DNA of 61,663 bases, the filler included. It is 9 parts of 9 records of this genome, joined end to end, with 100 filler letters (N's around TTAATTAATTAA, not from the genome) between each part and the next. Parts side by side here need not be neighbours in the genome. Positions count along the whole stretch, not along the records: positions 43,013 to 49,312 come from SRR31147125_120990; positions 49,413 to 55,921 come from SRR31147125_121088; 7 more parts are not named here. One strand, given 5' to 3'. Each line of letters begins with the position of its first letter. The first letter of the stretch is position 1. The notes beneath the pieces were generated by a model that saw only the letters and a program-made list of their open reading frames with translations, had not been told where the DNA came from and searched no databases. The position numbers and the translations under genes were made by a program. Shown here piece by piece: positions 43,970-55,921 of the stretch.

Positions 43970-44176
43970 ATGTTTTACAGTACCTTCTGTCCTATTCATC
44001 AATTAAGCATCTCATTATACACGCCGGTTTTAGGATTTGCAAATCAAATCCTTGTAATATTTTAAGCCGGACGGAAATAAAAACAGTCTATCATTTTAAA
44101 CCCAATTGGTATATAATCAGAAGAAATACAGCGCGTTTTTACAGAAAACGGCAGACCAAAACATCAGAGGTTGACT

Positions 44177-44719
44177 ATGAAATACAGCGAAAAGCAGCTC
44201 ACTACCAAAACGGTTTACGAAGGCCGCATTGTCACGGTAAAAAACGATACGGCCGAGCTTGTTAACGGCAGCGTCGTATACAGGGAGGTTGTCGAGCATC
44301 CCGGCGGTGTGGCCATCGTACCCGTCGATTCAAAGCGGGAGGTCCATATGGTCCGGCAGTTCCGGTATCCCATGCGCGAGGAGCTTCTGGAAATACCGGC
44401 CGGTAAGCTTGAGCGCGGGGAGGACCCCTATGACTGCGCCGTAAGAGAGCTGTCTGAGGAAACCGGCTGTACGGCCGGCCATATCGTGTCTCTGGGCGCG
44501 TTTTATCCGTCTCCCGGCTTTTCCAGCGAGGTGCTGTACATATATCTGGCAACAGACCTTACCCCCGGCGAGATGAATCTGGATGAGGACGAGCTGCTGG
44601 ACGTGGAGACAATCCCACTGGAGGACCTCGTCAAACGCATCATGTCCGGTGAAATAAAAGACGCCAAAACGATCGTCGGGCTATTGAAAGCGAAGGACTA
44701 TCTGGAAAACAACCGCTGA
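44177..44719 (+). CDS. nudF: NUDIX hydrolase (ADP-ribose pyrophosphatase type)
   Basis: REVVEHPGGV, VRQFRYP, Nudix box GKLERGEDPYDCAVRELSEETG, SPGFS and IKDAKT. Confidence 0.88.
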   Translation: MKYSEKQLTTKTVYEGRIVTVKNDTAELVNGSVVYREVVEHPGGVAIVPVDSKREVHMVRQFRYPMREELLEIPAGKLERGEDPYDCAVRELSEETGCTAGHIVSLGAFYPSPGFSSEVLYIYLATDLTPGEMNLDEDELLDVETIPLEDLVKRIMSGEIKDAKTIVGLLKAKDYLENNR

Positions 44720-44733
44720 AGCGAGGTGACAGT

Positions 44734-45414
44734 TTGAGTAAGCTGATTTTAGTCGTCGATGATGAAAAGGCGATCGTCGACATCTTAAACTTTAACCTGA
44801 AAAAAGAAGGTTATGATATTCTCACGGCCTATGACGGCGAAACGGCGCTGGGCCTTTTTTCCGGGACAAAGCCGGACCTTGTCCTTCTGGACGTCATGCT
44901 GCCGAAGCTCAGCGGCTTTGAGGTTTGTTCGGCCATCCGCAAGAAAGACTACCGTACGCCGATTATTATGCTCACGGCGCGCGAGGAGGAAACCGATAAG
45001 GTCCTGGGTCTTGAACTCGGCGCTGACGATTACATAACGAAGCCATTTTCCATTCGCGAGGTTCTTGCGCGTGTCAAGGCCAATATCCGCCGAAGCGACC
45101 ATAACCCGCCGTCGCCGGAGGTCAAGGCCGACGGCCTTGTTCTGGACAGCGAGCGCTTCGACGTCTATGTCGACGGTAAAAGCGCAGAGCTCACCCAGCG
45201 CGAATACGAGCTGTTCAGTTTTTTATACGCGCAGCCCGACAAGGTCTTTTCGCGGGAGGAGCTTTTGCGTGAGGTGTGGCAGTACGATTATCTGGGCGAC
45301 CTGCGGGCCGTCGATGTGGCTGTCCGGCGGCTGCGCGAGAAAATTGAGCGCGATGCGGCAAAGCCCGAATATATTCTGACAAAACGCGGCGTCGGCTATT
45401 ATTTTCAAAGCTGA
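44734..45414 (+). CDS. OmpR-family response regulator (WalR/YycF-like)
   Basis: VVDDE, LLDVMLP, DKVLGLELGADDYITKPFS..ARVKANIRR and VDVAVRRLREKIE..RGVGYYF. Confidence 0.9.
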   Translation: MSKLILVVDDEKAIVDILNFNLKKEGYDILTAYDGETALGLFSGTKPDLVLLDVMLPKLSGFEVCSAIRKKDYRTPIIMLTAREEETDKVLGLELGADDYITKPFSIREVLARVKANIRRSDHNPPSPEVKADGLVLDSERFDVYVDGKSAELTQREYELFSFLYAQPDKVFSREELLREVWQYDYLGDLRAVDVAVRRLREKIERDAAKPEYILTKRGVGYYFQS

Positions 45415-45470
45415 GGCCGCTTTGGCCTATATAAAGCGCACGTGCGGGAGACTGTAGGAGAGTTAGCGCC

Positions 45471-46916
45471 ATGAACAAGAGTCTGCGGTGGAAATTCGTT
45501 GTCATTATGCTCACGCTGATCGTGATACTTATGACGATCGTTTGCGTGTTTTTAATATGGGGCATCCAGCGCTTCTATACGGATGCTTTTTTCACGCGGA
45601 TGGAAGACGTGTTCGACGATCCCGAGACATACTCGGCGCTGCAGGGCGCGCTGGAAGAAGAAGACCCTCTTTCCAGGCTCAAGGAGGTTACGGAGGCATT
45701 GCCGCTCGGTATTGATACCGGTATGCGCAATTACTATATCCTTGACGATACGGGTGCGTGCCTGGAAACCTCCGACCCGGATGACGACAAGAATATCGAG
45801 ATCACCCCCAATCTTTTGAAAGCACTTGTCGGGACAAGCGTTTACACGGGCCGGTCCAACACCGAATATATGGACGTAGCCGTACCCGTGACGGACGACG
45901 AGGGACAAATTGCTTACGTTGTTTATGTTATGGACAACAAACAGGATGTGCGCGAGCTCAGCCGCGAGCTTATCACCATCGTCCTGGAAGCCGTGATCAT
46001 TGGCGTTGTTATTTCAGCGGTGCTGAGCTTTATCATATCCAAGCCGCTCCTGCAGCCGATTATCGGAATGACGAAAGCGGCCGAGGCTATGGCCGGGGGC
46101 GACTTTTCGCGGAAGATCGACGTGGACTCCGATGATGAGATCGGCATCCTGGCCCAGACCTTCAACGACATGGCTACACAACTGATGACGACGCTGGAGG
46201 AGATTAAGAAATCCGAGACGCTGCGCCGGGAATTTGTAGCCAACGTGTCGCACGAGCTGCGAACGCCGCTGACAAGTATCCGCAGCTACGCCGAGACGCT
46301 TACCGATTATCGAGATATCCCTAAGGAGATGGAGTATGACTTCCTGCACGTTATACTCAACGAGAGCGACCGGATGACGAAGATTGTGCAGGATCTTCTG
46401 GAGCTGTCCCGTTTTGACGCAGGCAGCAGCAAGCTGAATATTGAAAAGCTTTCGCTCGAGCAGTCCATACGCGACGTCACGGATGCCATTGCGCTTGAAG
46501 CGAAAAAACACGGGCATACCGTACGGCTCCTGCTGGAAGAGGCGCTGCCGGACATTTCGGGCGACAAGGCCCGCATTGAGCAGGTGCTGCTCAATATACT
46601 ATCCAACGCCGTTAAGTACACGCCGGACGGCGGGACGATTGATATCACCGGCGGTTGCGAGAATGAAAAAATCTGGGTGAAAATCAAAGACAACGGTATC
46701 GGGATTCCCAGGGAGGATCTTTCGCGGATCTTCGACCGGTTTTACCGGGTGGATAAGGCGCGCTCGCGCCAGTCCGGCGGTACGGGGCTCGGGCTTTCGA
46801 TTGCACGGGAGATTGTTGTGCGCCATGGCGGCGACATCCATATCGACAGCGAGTCGGGCGAGGGGACAGCCGTTACAATCAGTTTGCCGATAGAGGGGCC
46901 GGACCGTGAGCAGTGA
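45471..46916 (+). CDS. Sensor histidine kinase (WalK/YycG-like; TM-sensor-TM-HAMP-HisKA-HATPase)
   Basis: RREFVANVSHELRTPLTSI, NAVKYTP, DNGIGIP and FYRVDKARSRQSGGTGLGL. Confidence 0.9.
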   Translation: MNKSLRWKFVVIMLTLIVILMTIVCVFLIWGIQRFYTDAFFTRMEDVFDDPETYSALQGALEEEDPLSRLKEVTEALPLGIDTGMRNYYILDDTGACLETSDPDDDKNIEITPNLLKALVGTSVYTGRSNTEYMDVAVPVTDDEGQIAYVVYVMDNKQDVRELSRELITIVLEAVIIGVVISAVLSFIISKPLLQPIIGMTKAAEAMAGGDFSRKIDVDSDDEIGILAQTFNDMATQLMTTLEEIKKSETLRREFVANVSHELRTPLTSIRSYAETLTDYRDIPKEMEYDFLHVILNESDRMTKIVQDLLELSRFDAGSSKLNIEKLSLEQSIRDVTDAIALEAKKHGHTVRLLLEEALPDISGDKARIEQVLLNILSNAVKYTPDGGTIDITGGCENEKIWVKIKDNGIGIPREDLSRIFDRFYRVDKARSRQSGGTGLGLSIAREIVVRHGGDIHIDSESGEGTAVTISLPIEGPDREQ

Positions 46917-48189
46917 TAAAGGATTCAACGAAATACTGAAGGATATCCTGATTGTCCTGCTTCTTTTGTGCGCCGTGTTTCTGGGGTGGAAATCGCGCCT
47001 TTTTGGCAATTCCACGGCGCGCGCGGGGGATGTTTTTTCGCTGCTGAGCGGCCTGACATCGGCTGGAGAAGCGGATGCCGGGGATGCGGAGCTGACGGAG
47101 GCGTCAAAACCTCTGTCCATCGTTTTGACGAGTACCGCGGGTCACTACGGCGTCAAATATGATATGGACGAAATTGATGCGCTTTATAAAAAAACGGTTT
47201 TAATTTTCAGCGAAGCGCTCGACGAAGCGCTCGACTCTGCGGCCGAGGTTCAAAAGGTGTCCGGGGACGACTGGCGCGCCGCGCTCAAAAGCGAGGGTGT
47301 CTACTACGAATACATGACCCCGGTTCGTCTGTCCGTTTTGGCCGGCTGGTATGGCAGCGAGATCGCTGGCAGCTGGGCGGACTATAATGTCCGCCGTCTG
47401 TGTGTCATAGCCGGCGACAGCCAAAACACACTGTACTTTATGGATGATGATACGGGTGATTTTTATGCCTCAGCTGCCGCGCTGAGTGACCGAATTGCCG
47501 ATGTGACTGAAACAACGGCGGTTAATAGCACTCTTTTTGCCTATGAGCTTGACGGCGCGCTTCAATCGCCGGCCGGCTGCACCGTATTGCAGCTTGATAT
47601 GTCGGACTATCCCGTCGTTGTGGCGGGTAATCCTCTTGCTGACGCCGAAACGCTGAAAAGCGTGCTTCTCAATCTGGGTAACAGCGCACAAAACAGCTAT
47701 ACGGAAGGGGACGCGAAGGTCTTTCCCGATGAAGACTTTAATATACGTGTTTATTCGGACGGGACACTTATCTATACGCGCGCCGGGAAGGAAGAACAGA
47801 CGGCTGCGGATATGGATGAGAGTGAAGCCGTCGAGCTGGCGCGCCAGCAGGTGGCGGACACGATTGCCGCGTATTGCGGCAGCGACACGGCCGTGTACTT
47901 TAATTCGATCGAGGAGGCTGACGGCGTTTATAACGTCACGTTCAGCTATGTTGTAGCCGGCGGCATCGTGCATCTCCCGGGTGATCGGTACGCTGCCGTT
48001 GTGACGATTTCAAACGGGATTATTACCGATCTAGAGCTTCACTTCCGGACGTATACCCTGACAGACGAAACGGCGCAGCTGCTGCCGGAGGTCCAGGCCG
48101 CCGCCGCGTCGTCCGGCGCGTTTTCGCTGTGGTATGCCGACGACGGTAGCAGCCGTGTGGAGCCGCTATGGATTACCGACGGGGAATAG
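46906..48189 (+). CDS. Membrane-anchored extracytoplasmic protein (YycH-like)
   Basis: Single N-terminal TM plus a large acidic ectodomain, in the yycH position after walRK-like genes. Confidence 0.6.
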   Translation: MSSDKGFNEILKDILIVLLLLCAVFLGWKSRLFGNSTARAGDVFSLLSGLTSAGEADAGDAELTEASKPLSIVLTSTAGHYGVKYDMDEIDALYKKTVLIFSEALDEALDSAAEVQKVSGDDWRAALKSEGVYYEYMTPVRLSVLAGWYGSEIAGSWADYNVRRLCVIAGDSQNTLYFMDDDTGDFYASAAALSDRIADVTETTAVNSTLFAYELDGALQSPAGCTVLQLDMSDYPVVVAGNPLADAETLKSVLLNLGNSAQNSYTEGDAKVFPDEDFNIRVYSDGTLIYTRAGKEEQTAADMDESEAVELARQQVADTIAAYCGSDTAVYFNSIEEADGVYNVTFSYVVAGGIVHLPGDRYAAVVTISNGIITDLELHFRTYTLTDETAQLLPEVQAAAASSGAFSLWYADDGSSRVEPLWITDGE

Positions 48190-48232
48190 GTAAATAGGCA
48201 TACAGGCGCTTAGAGGCAGGGGATGACAGAAA

Positions 48233-49060
48233 GTGACATACACTAAGAATATAATGATATGGGCCCTTGTTGTCCTCAATGTCTTTTTTCTTACTGTTTT
48301 CGGCTGGGGGCTGTATAGGGAGAATACTGAAAGAAAGCTGATGTATCGGGAGTTGTACGAGCTGATGCTTCAACATGATATTCTGCTTGATACAAGCGGC
48401 ATATCGGATGACGGAGAGATGTACCGCCTGGACACCAGCCGGGATCCGGCCGCTGAACGCCTGCTGGCCCGGACACTGCTTGGGGAGACGACAGGGGACC
48501 AGAGCGGGAGTATCATCGCTACCTACACCGGAGAGCAGGGCGAGGCGGTGTTCCGCAGCGGCGGGGAATTTCAAATAACGTTTTCACAAAGCGTTTATAC
48601 CATCGGCGACAGCGTTGAAGGCGCCGTTAAAAAGCTGCTTAAATTGATGGCCTTTGAGACAGCCGGTATTGACGTTTCCTCAGCGGATGGGCGCACAACC
48701 GCAACGGCTGTGTGCACCTGGTCTGATTACCGCATTTTTAACGGCCGCGTCCAATTTGTTTATGAAGGCGGAGTCCTCAAAGAGATTTCCGGCAGACAGA
48801 TGGCCAATATCCGCAAGACGGACGAACAGGTGGAGATGTCGGCTTCCTCAGCCGCTACAGCGCTTGTACGCTTTTTGCATGCCGTGAAAAACAATACGGC
48901 GATCTCCTGCTCCGCCATCATGGATGTATCACCCGGCTACAGCTTTACGGCGGCTGTTTATGGAGACGGCAGCCTGCGGCCCGTCTGGCGCATCACGGCT
49001 GATTCCGGCGTCTACTTTGTCGACGCTGAGTCGGGGGTGGTGGAACAGTCGATGGTATAA
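48233..49060 (+). CDS. Membrane-anchored protein (YycI-like)
   Basis: KNIMIWALVVLNVFFL N-terminus and C-terminal PVWRI..YFVDA, in the yycI position. Confidence 0.68.
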   Translation: MTYTKNIMIWALVVLNVFFLTVFGWGLYRENTERKLMYRELYELMLQHDILLDTSGISDDGEMYRLDTSRDPAAERLLARTLLGETTGDQSGSIIATYTGEQGEAVFRSGGEFQITFSQSVYTIGDSVEGAVKKLLKLMAFETAGIDVSSADGRTTATAVCTWSDYRIFNGRVQFVYEGGVLKEISGRQMANIRKTDEQVEMSASSAATALVRFLHAVKNNTAISCSAIMDVSPGYSFTAAVYGDGSLRPVWRITADSGVYFVDAESGVVEQSMV

Positions 49061-49828
49061 AATCAACGCGCGGGCTTGCCAGATTGTTCCTCGGCGGGCG
49101 TGTGAAAAATATAGATGAAAAAAGCGAGAAAAATGCCGAAAAATGCGCGTGTTGACAGATATTCTATAAAGCGCGCCACGGACGCTTTAAAATGATGAAA
49201 ATACAGGATTGACGCCTCGCCAAGCGTCCCGTCAAATATCCGGTGTTGCAAAAAAAATTTCCATATAGTATAATTGGGCGTAAAATTTGTTTATAATCGG
49301 GTAATAATGTTTNNNNNNNNNNNNNNNNNNNNNNNNNNNNNNNNNNNNNNNNNNNNTTAATTAATTAANNNNNNNNNNNNNNNNNNNNNNNNNNNNNNNN
49401 NNNNNNNNNNNNAAAAGGATCCTGGGTTGAATTTTTCTTTATAGTAACTATTTTAACAAATAACAGCTCCTCATAATTCTGGGAATGTTGTTTTGAAAAG
49501 TGTGGACATACTAATCCATTCAGGTTGGAATCATGAATAGCATAAATTATTACATTCTGCACCCATTTGTCAATTATTTTAATTCTCACCGCAGATCAGG
49601 GTCAGAAAAAATGGATCTGACTGTAAAATTTTTCCGCAATTTATTGCCAAAGTCTCTAATTAAATATTGATATAGAGAACGTTTTTAGTTATTTTGTTAA
49701 AAGTAGTAGCTGTGTATACACTTTACATCGACTGATAACTAGGATTATACTCTCATCGAAACAGGCGAATATCGGAAATTCACGATCCGGCAGGAGCACA
49801 TTCAGTCAACCCAATATTGAGGTGAAAC

Positions 49829-50202
49829 ATGGCAATAGAACAAACTCTTTCTCAACATAATATTATGGTTCAGGATATGGCGAACTTTTTGGTTGAGAAA
49901 AAATTTGCGAACGTAAGAGCAAATATTGATGGCTTTGATAAACCGGAAATTATAGAATGTGAAGAAACAGGGTTCAGTTACACTCCGGACCTGACGGCAC
50001 AAGGCAAACAATTTAACATATTTGAAATTGAAACCTCACAATCTATCAATGACAAATCATCAAAAAAAGATGGATTTTATTTGCATCTGTTGCAAAAAAT
50101 CAGGATGCACTATTCTATCTGATCGTACCGAAAAGTTCCGTCCCTGCTGCACATCAACGTATGACCGAGTTGAATATTGAAGCGGATATTATGGGAATTT
50201 AA
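49829..50202 (+). CDS. Small PD-(D/E)xK-like fold protein, frameshift in A7 run near 50062-50068
   Basis: RBS GAGGTG. YTPDLTA..NIFEIET continues in the other frame as RWILFASVAKNQDALFYLIVPKSS..MGI*. Confidence 0.6.
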
Positions 50203-50277
50203 TTTTTTTTATAAAAAACCTATGATGTTTTTTCTTTTGCGAAATGACTCCTCTACTATTTTGATTCTATTTTATTT

Positions 50278-51683
50278 CTATTGGTTGTACTCCTGCAACA
50301 TCTTGTCTTTTATTTCCAAAAGGTACTCGTACGCCGAATCGTGTTGGTTAGGTATGTCACCATTCAGGATCGCTTCTTCAATAGCTGTTTTTATTTTCCC
50401 GACAATCGGGCCTGGTTCGACTCCGCATACTTTCATAATTTCGTCCCCCCTTACAGGAGGCTGAAATTTACGCAGATGATCCTTTTCCTCCACTTCCTGC
50501 ATTCGCTTTACCAGTCCATCAAAATTTGAAAGAAACTTGACAACCTTTTTTCTATTTCCAGAGGTAATATCCGCCCGACATAATGTCAATAAATCATCGA
50601 TATCGTCACCCGCCTGAAAAAGTAAGCGTCGAATGGCCGAATCCGTTACACCCTCCTCAACAAGATGCATGGGTCGTAAATGCAAGCGAATAAGTTTTTT
50701 TATGTATAGAATCGTTTCATTAGAAATCCGCAACCTTCTTCCAATACTACCCATCATCCTGGCACCTAATTCTTCATGCCCATGGAAAGTCCAGCCAATT
50801 CCTTTTCTATATTCTTTTGTTGCTGGTTTGGCAACATCATGGAAAAGGGCTGTCCACAAAAGCCTGGCATCATCAGAAACCTGAGCCACATTATCAATTA
50901 CTTTTATAGTATGCAGAAAAACATCCTTATGCCCATGATTGCCGATCTGATCAACACCTTTTAACGCTGAAATTTCAGGCAGCACTACATCCAGGATGCC
51001 CGTTTCACTCATGAGCTGAAAACCGACTGAGGGCTGAGGTGACAACAAAATTTTCAACACTTCATCTGTAATCCGCTCCTGCGAAATTATTTTCAGGCGT
51101 TCACACTCTTTTGCCAGCCCCTTTTTTGTCTTTTTTTCAATTGAAAATGTAATTGCGCGGCAAAGCGAACAGCCCGCATAATCCGGAGAGGATCATCATA
51201 AAAAGTTTTTTCCGGATCCAGTGGCGTCCGGATAATACCCGCCTCTAAATCCTTTTTACCATCAAAAGGATCTAGAATCTGCCCATAATGATCTTTATTT
51301 AAAGCCACAGCCATGGTATTAATCGTAAAATCGCGCCGGGTCAGATCAGTTAAAAGATCAGCACTTTTCACATCAGGCTTTCGCGATGAACCGCGATAGC
51401 TCTCTCTTCTTGCGCCAACAAACTCAAGGATAAGATCCTGGTATTTTACCATGGCCGTACCAAATTGTTTATATATGGATACGTTGGCAGCAGCAATTTC
51501 CTGCGCCACTCTCTCGGCAAATCCAGGTCCATCCCCGACAACGACAAAATCTATATCTTTAACTTCTTTACCAAGGAGATGATCTCTTACATACCCACCG
51601 ACAGCATACACTTCCAATTCTAAATCATCGGCAAGCCCACCTATGATTTTTAAAATTTCTTTGTTATTAAAGTCCCTGTTCAT
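50278..51683 (-). CDS. cca: CCA tRNA nucleotidyltransferase with HD domain, frameshift near 51125-51145
   Basis: YAVGGYVRD..DIDF, FGTA, ARRESY..SRKP, RRDFTIN and DDPLRIMRAVRF, then HKDVFLHT, LFHDVAKP, FHGHE and ADITS. Confidence 0.9.
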
Positions 51684-52005
51684 TATTACTAATTCTTTAC
51701 ACTCTTTTTGTTAAATTTGCTCCACATACGATACAGTAAAACCTAACTGTAATAAGGGCCTGATTAATCCCATTAAAAAGTCACACAGCCCGCTCAATAT
51801 CCCTTCCCACGAGCAGGTCAACAAAATATCCCGAAAAAGGAGTGTATCTGTCAAGTATCCAATGAGCTCGTTTCCATACCAAAACCTTTTCACAATTTTC
51901 AGTCAATTCTTAAACCCATTGAATTTAACAAAATGGAGTATAATTCCAAGAATAATTGTGTCCCTTTCGTACTGATTATTAGTAAAGAGACGCTGTTTTA
52001 AAAAA

Positions 52006-52242
52006 TGTATCACAAATACACAAATGTTTCAAGTAAGCACGAAATTGTAAAAATTTAGCCTAAAAAAAGTGTTCAATTTTTTAACAATATTTTCATTTTT
52101 TAATTGATTATTTAAATCTTTTTTCTTACATCTATATATCACAATAAATCAAAGACTTGATAGTAAGGCATCCATAAATAAAGAGCTGAATTATTTTGGT
52201 TTTACAAGATACCATTGAAACCAGAATGGCACTGTATTTGCG
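52006..52242 (+). promoter_or_regulatory. sigma54 promoter with IHF site and upstream activator-like boxes
   Basis: TGGCAC-tgtat-TTGC at 52227-52241. IHF consensus AATCAA-agac-TTG at 52147-52159. TGT-N11-ACA at 52006-52022 and 52070-52086. Confidence 0.75.
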
Positions 52243-52408
52243 TTGTTCCCGGAAACGAATACTGTCGACAGCTCTTTGTTTTGATTTGGCAAGGGGTTTT
52301 AGCACCGCGAGTCAAGTAAAATCCTCGCATCTTTTTTGAAAAATCAAAAACTAGGCAGATATTTGCAAAGTAAGAGTCCAACTTTTTTTTAAATAATTGG
52401 AGGCAAGT

Positions 52409-55400
52409 ATGAAAAAGGGAACCATGTTTTTTATAGCGATGTCATGGACAGTTATGCTGCTGCTATGCCTTTCGCTATCTACCTTTGCACAAAATGCTAC
52501 CATTTCTGACCGGTCAACAGCCGATGATTTCAATCCCGGGGGCTATGCCCGTTGGATTAAAATCACTGTCGCTGGTGGAGTGGGTGCTGATGAGCGGTTA
52601 AACAACGATTTTAGTGGCATGCAAATGCTTGTGGACTTGAACCTGGACAATGATAATAATTATCAAACTCCTCCGGTAGGTAACACAAGCGGTTTAGGAA
52701 ACGATAGTTACTATGCTGATGGAGACGCAGGAGATATTGTATCAGCACGTCCTGGTGAAGAAGGACTGGACGATCTCATATTTTACGTCAAAGTCAAACA
52801 AGGCACAGACAGTCTCTATCAGGATGGTGTTGGCTATGACACCGATCTGCGACCCCGCATTCAACTCACAAACAGTGGTTCCTTAAGAATTATCTCAGGC
52901 TCTTTCGGATTTAGTATCCAGGTTGAGACAGATCTGTTCCCTGTACGTGATGGTATCAAACCTATCATTAGAAATGCCAGTTATCATGATGATGGTAGCG
53001 GTAACACCAATCCCTTGATCAGTATTCACCCGGGAAACAAGACTCCTTTTGATGGCTATATTGATCGTATAGATATTTTTTGGAGTGAACCCATGAACAA
53101 CTCCAACACGGCTGTCAGTTCGTCTATTTTTAATGGCCTTGGGGAATCAATTTTCTCCGTGGAATCCGTTGGGGAATGGAATACCTGGAACGGCAATCCG
53201 AGAAGATTCACCTTTTATGTTCTCTCGTCACAGCCAAATACAGGTGTGTCCATGAGTTTGAATTACAATAAACCTCTTTCTGCGTCAGATCAATTTAAAG
53301 AAATTGCTACATCACAAAATACATACACGGCAGACACTCAATCGAGAACTGTAACAGATAAAGCAGGTCCTGCTATCGTAAGTTCCCAAACCATACGATC
53401 AATGAGAAGGGAACCAGCCGCACAAGCTTTGACCAGCCGTCGTGTAGAAGTCACCTTCAGTGAACCTATCACTCTCGCATCTGTCAATACAGGAGCCACT
53501 GATTTTGAAGTCATTACAAGCGCAACATCACCGGGAACAAATGACATCCAGTCAATTATTTCACCAACATTGACGGGATCAAGTAGTTCTGTTTTTGTTT
53601 TCCGCTTGTCAACAAATTTTGACGATGTAAACGAAACAGGAACTATTCAGTTTGTTGCTGATAGTGTTGTAAAAGATATCCTCGGAAATGACAATGGTCG
53701 CTCCCTGGCTGATACGCCGCCAGCATTGGAACCTGCCGCCCGGGGTAATGTGATAACTATTTCAGACGGAATTCTGCCCAATATCACCCAGGTTCAAACT
53801 GTGGATGCTGTTTTTGCTGATGAATCCGCAAGTGGCGGAACAAACGGCTGGGGTTATCTGGATTACGTGGATGTCACGTTTGATCACGAAATGGATATTC
53901 TAAGGACAAGTGCCTCAGGATACTCTATCTCGGGAACAGGTATTCTAACAAGTGGTGGAACCGGTGAATGGATCACGACAACGACATTACGAATCCCTTT
54001 AACCGCTACGTCAACAAAAATTCCAAATACCGGAGTGGTACCGACAGTTAGCTATACGAATCCGGGTGATCCTAACGGATTACAAGATGATACGAATTCA
54101 GGACTTGCTGAAGAATTATTAACCAGTGACACAAGCACCTCCAGCACGAATGGCCTCGCCGTTCAAATACTGGACAAGGCTGGACCTGCGATTATTCAAT
54201 CCTATACAGCAGGCCAAAAACGAATTCGTATCACTTTTAGTGAGAAAGCCAATACCAGTGGCTGGTCAACTTCAGCAATAACATCAACTGCGACTACCCG
54301 ATTAGAAAATGGCATAGGCCCACGATTTAAATGGATTGTTGGTTCATCTTATTATGATGTCGGTGGAGCACAAATTTTTTTACAGGTCTTTCAGCCACTC
54401 GGCGGGATAGCGTCGTTTACCTGAACCACACTGGTACTGCCTGGGCTAAATCAGACAGTGGAGCTATTAATTTCCTGGCTCAAAACAGAGTATATGATGC
54501 TGCTGGTGCACCAAATGGCAACACCCAATGGGACAATGATGCCAGTCTGGATGATCCTAATCGCGTTCTTTTGGGATCTGATGTCAAAGTTCAGCGAGAT
54601 AATATACCTCCAATTTTACTGAGATTAGAAACAGCTGATTTTAATTTTAATGGTAAACTGGATCATTACAAATTTGTTTATGATGACCTGTCTCCCCTCT
54701 ATCCAAAATCTTCTTTTAACGCATCAGCGTGGACGATTACCGGTTATGATGGGGTAAAACAGAATATCACTGTCGATATGGATGTATATAATCTCTTTCA
54801 TTCTGATTACAAATCAACTGCCATAAACACATTTGGTGATACGGTTGAAGTTTACCTGGAATTTACCGAAACAACCGGCACCGGACCGGATCCAACACCT
54901 TACATGGGAGACACGGGCGATATACCGGATGTTGTTGTTGGTGAAAATGAAGGTTTTTCAGATTGGGCTGATAATGTAATGGACCCGCTTCCGGCAGGTC
55001 TTACAATCGAAGTCGATGAAGCCGGACCGGCTATCATGAGTGCGCAAAGTGTGAACACCTTCCAGATTGATGCATTTATGAGTGAAGATCTAAAGGATAG
55101 CCAGATAGGTAACAGTGATTTCCTCCTCAACATGGGCTGGCAGACAACTGTCAACTGGACAAATCCGACAGAGCTCAATCCAGGACATGTCCGTCTGGAA
55201 GTGTCGAATCCTCAGGATAATTTCTGGGAGCCGAACCAAAATGGCTTTGTCGCTTTTGCCGGTCAAAGTGTTGTCACAGATAATATCCCAGGCACAGATA
55301 ATGGCAATATGCAAACAGCACAAATTTCGGTTGTAGATCGTGCTGCCAGTCAATTCCTGGTTAATCTGGCTGTACCAGGCGATCAATTCCGCGGTGTTCC

Positions 55401-55921
55401 ATTCCAGGTCGAAATTATTGCCAGAGACAGTCATGGTAACATTGATACAAATTTTCAGGAAAGAATCAATCTCTCTGCAGTCAATATTTCACAAAACGAA
55501 ATCGATCTGCCGGATGGGCCTCAATTACTGGAAAATGGTGCCGGCTACTTTACCGTAACATCTTTTGTTGCTACAGAAACTTTGCAAATAGCTGTAGGCG
55601 TTGAAAGCGATCGTTATGCCCGATATTATGGCATATCCGATCCAATTAATGTCATTGAACCTACTATTGACACACCAGACACCCTTATCGTTGAGGATTG
55701 GCCAAATGACCAGGGCGGATGGATTTCGCTGGTGTGGCCATTCTCGGAGAACCATCCTGGATTTGGCAATGATCCTGAGATAAATTATTATCAGGTTTAC
55801 TATGAACTTGATTACGATGTTTATCAGTATGAAAACACTATCGTGGCATCAGACACGACTGGATCAGGTATGGATTCCATGAGGATTAAGATTAATATAC
55901 CGGATAATCTGGAGCATAGTT
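52409..55921 (+). CDS. Very large secreted beta-sandwich-repeat surface protein (frameshift near 54375; 3' truncated)
   Basis: Signal peptide, repeated D(K/E)AGPAI / DGI.P.I linkers followed by VTFSE-type strands, and DWPNDQGGWISLVW. ORFs 52397-54424 and 54571-55977 join across the T7 run. Confidence 0.8.
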
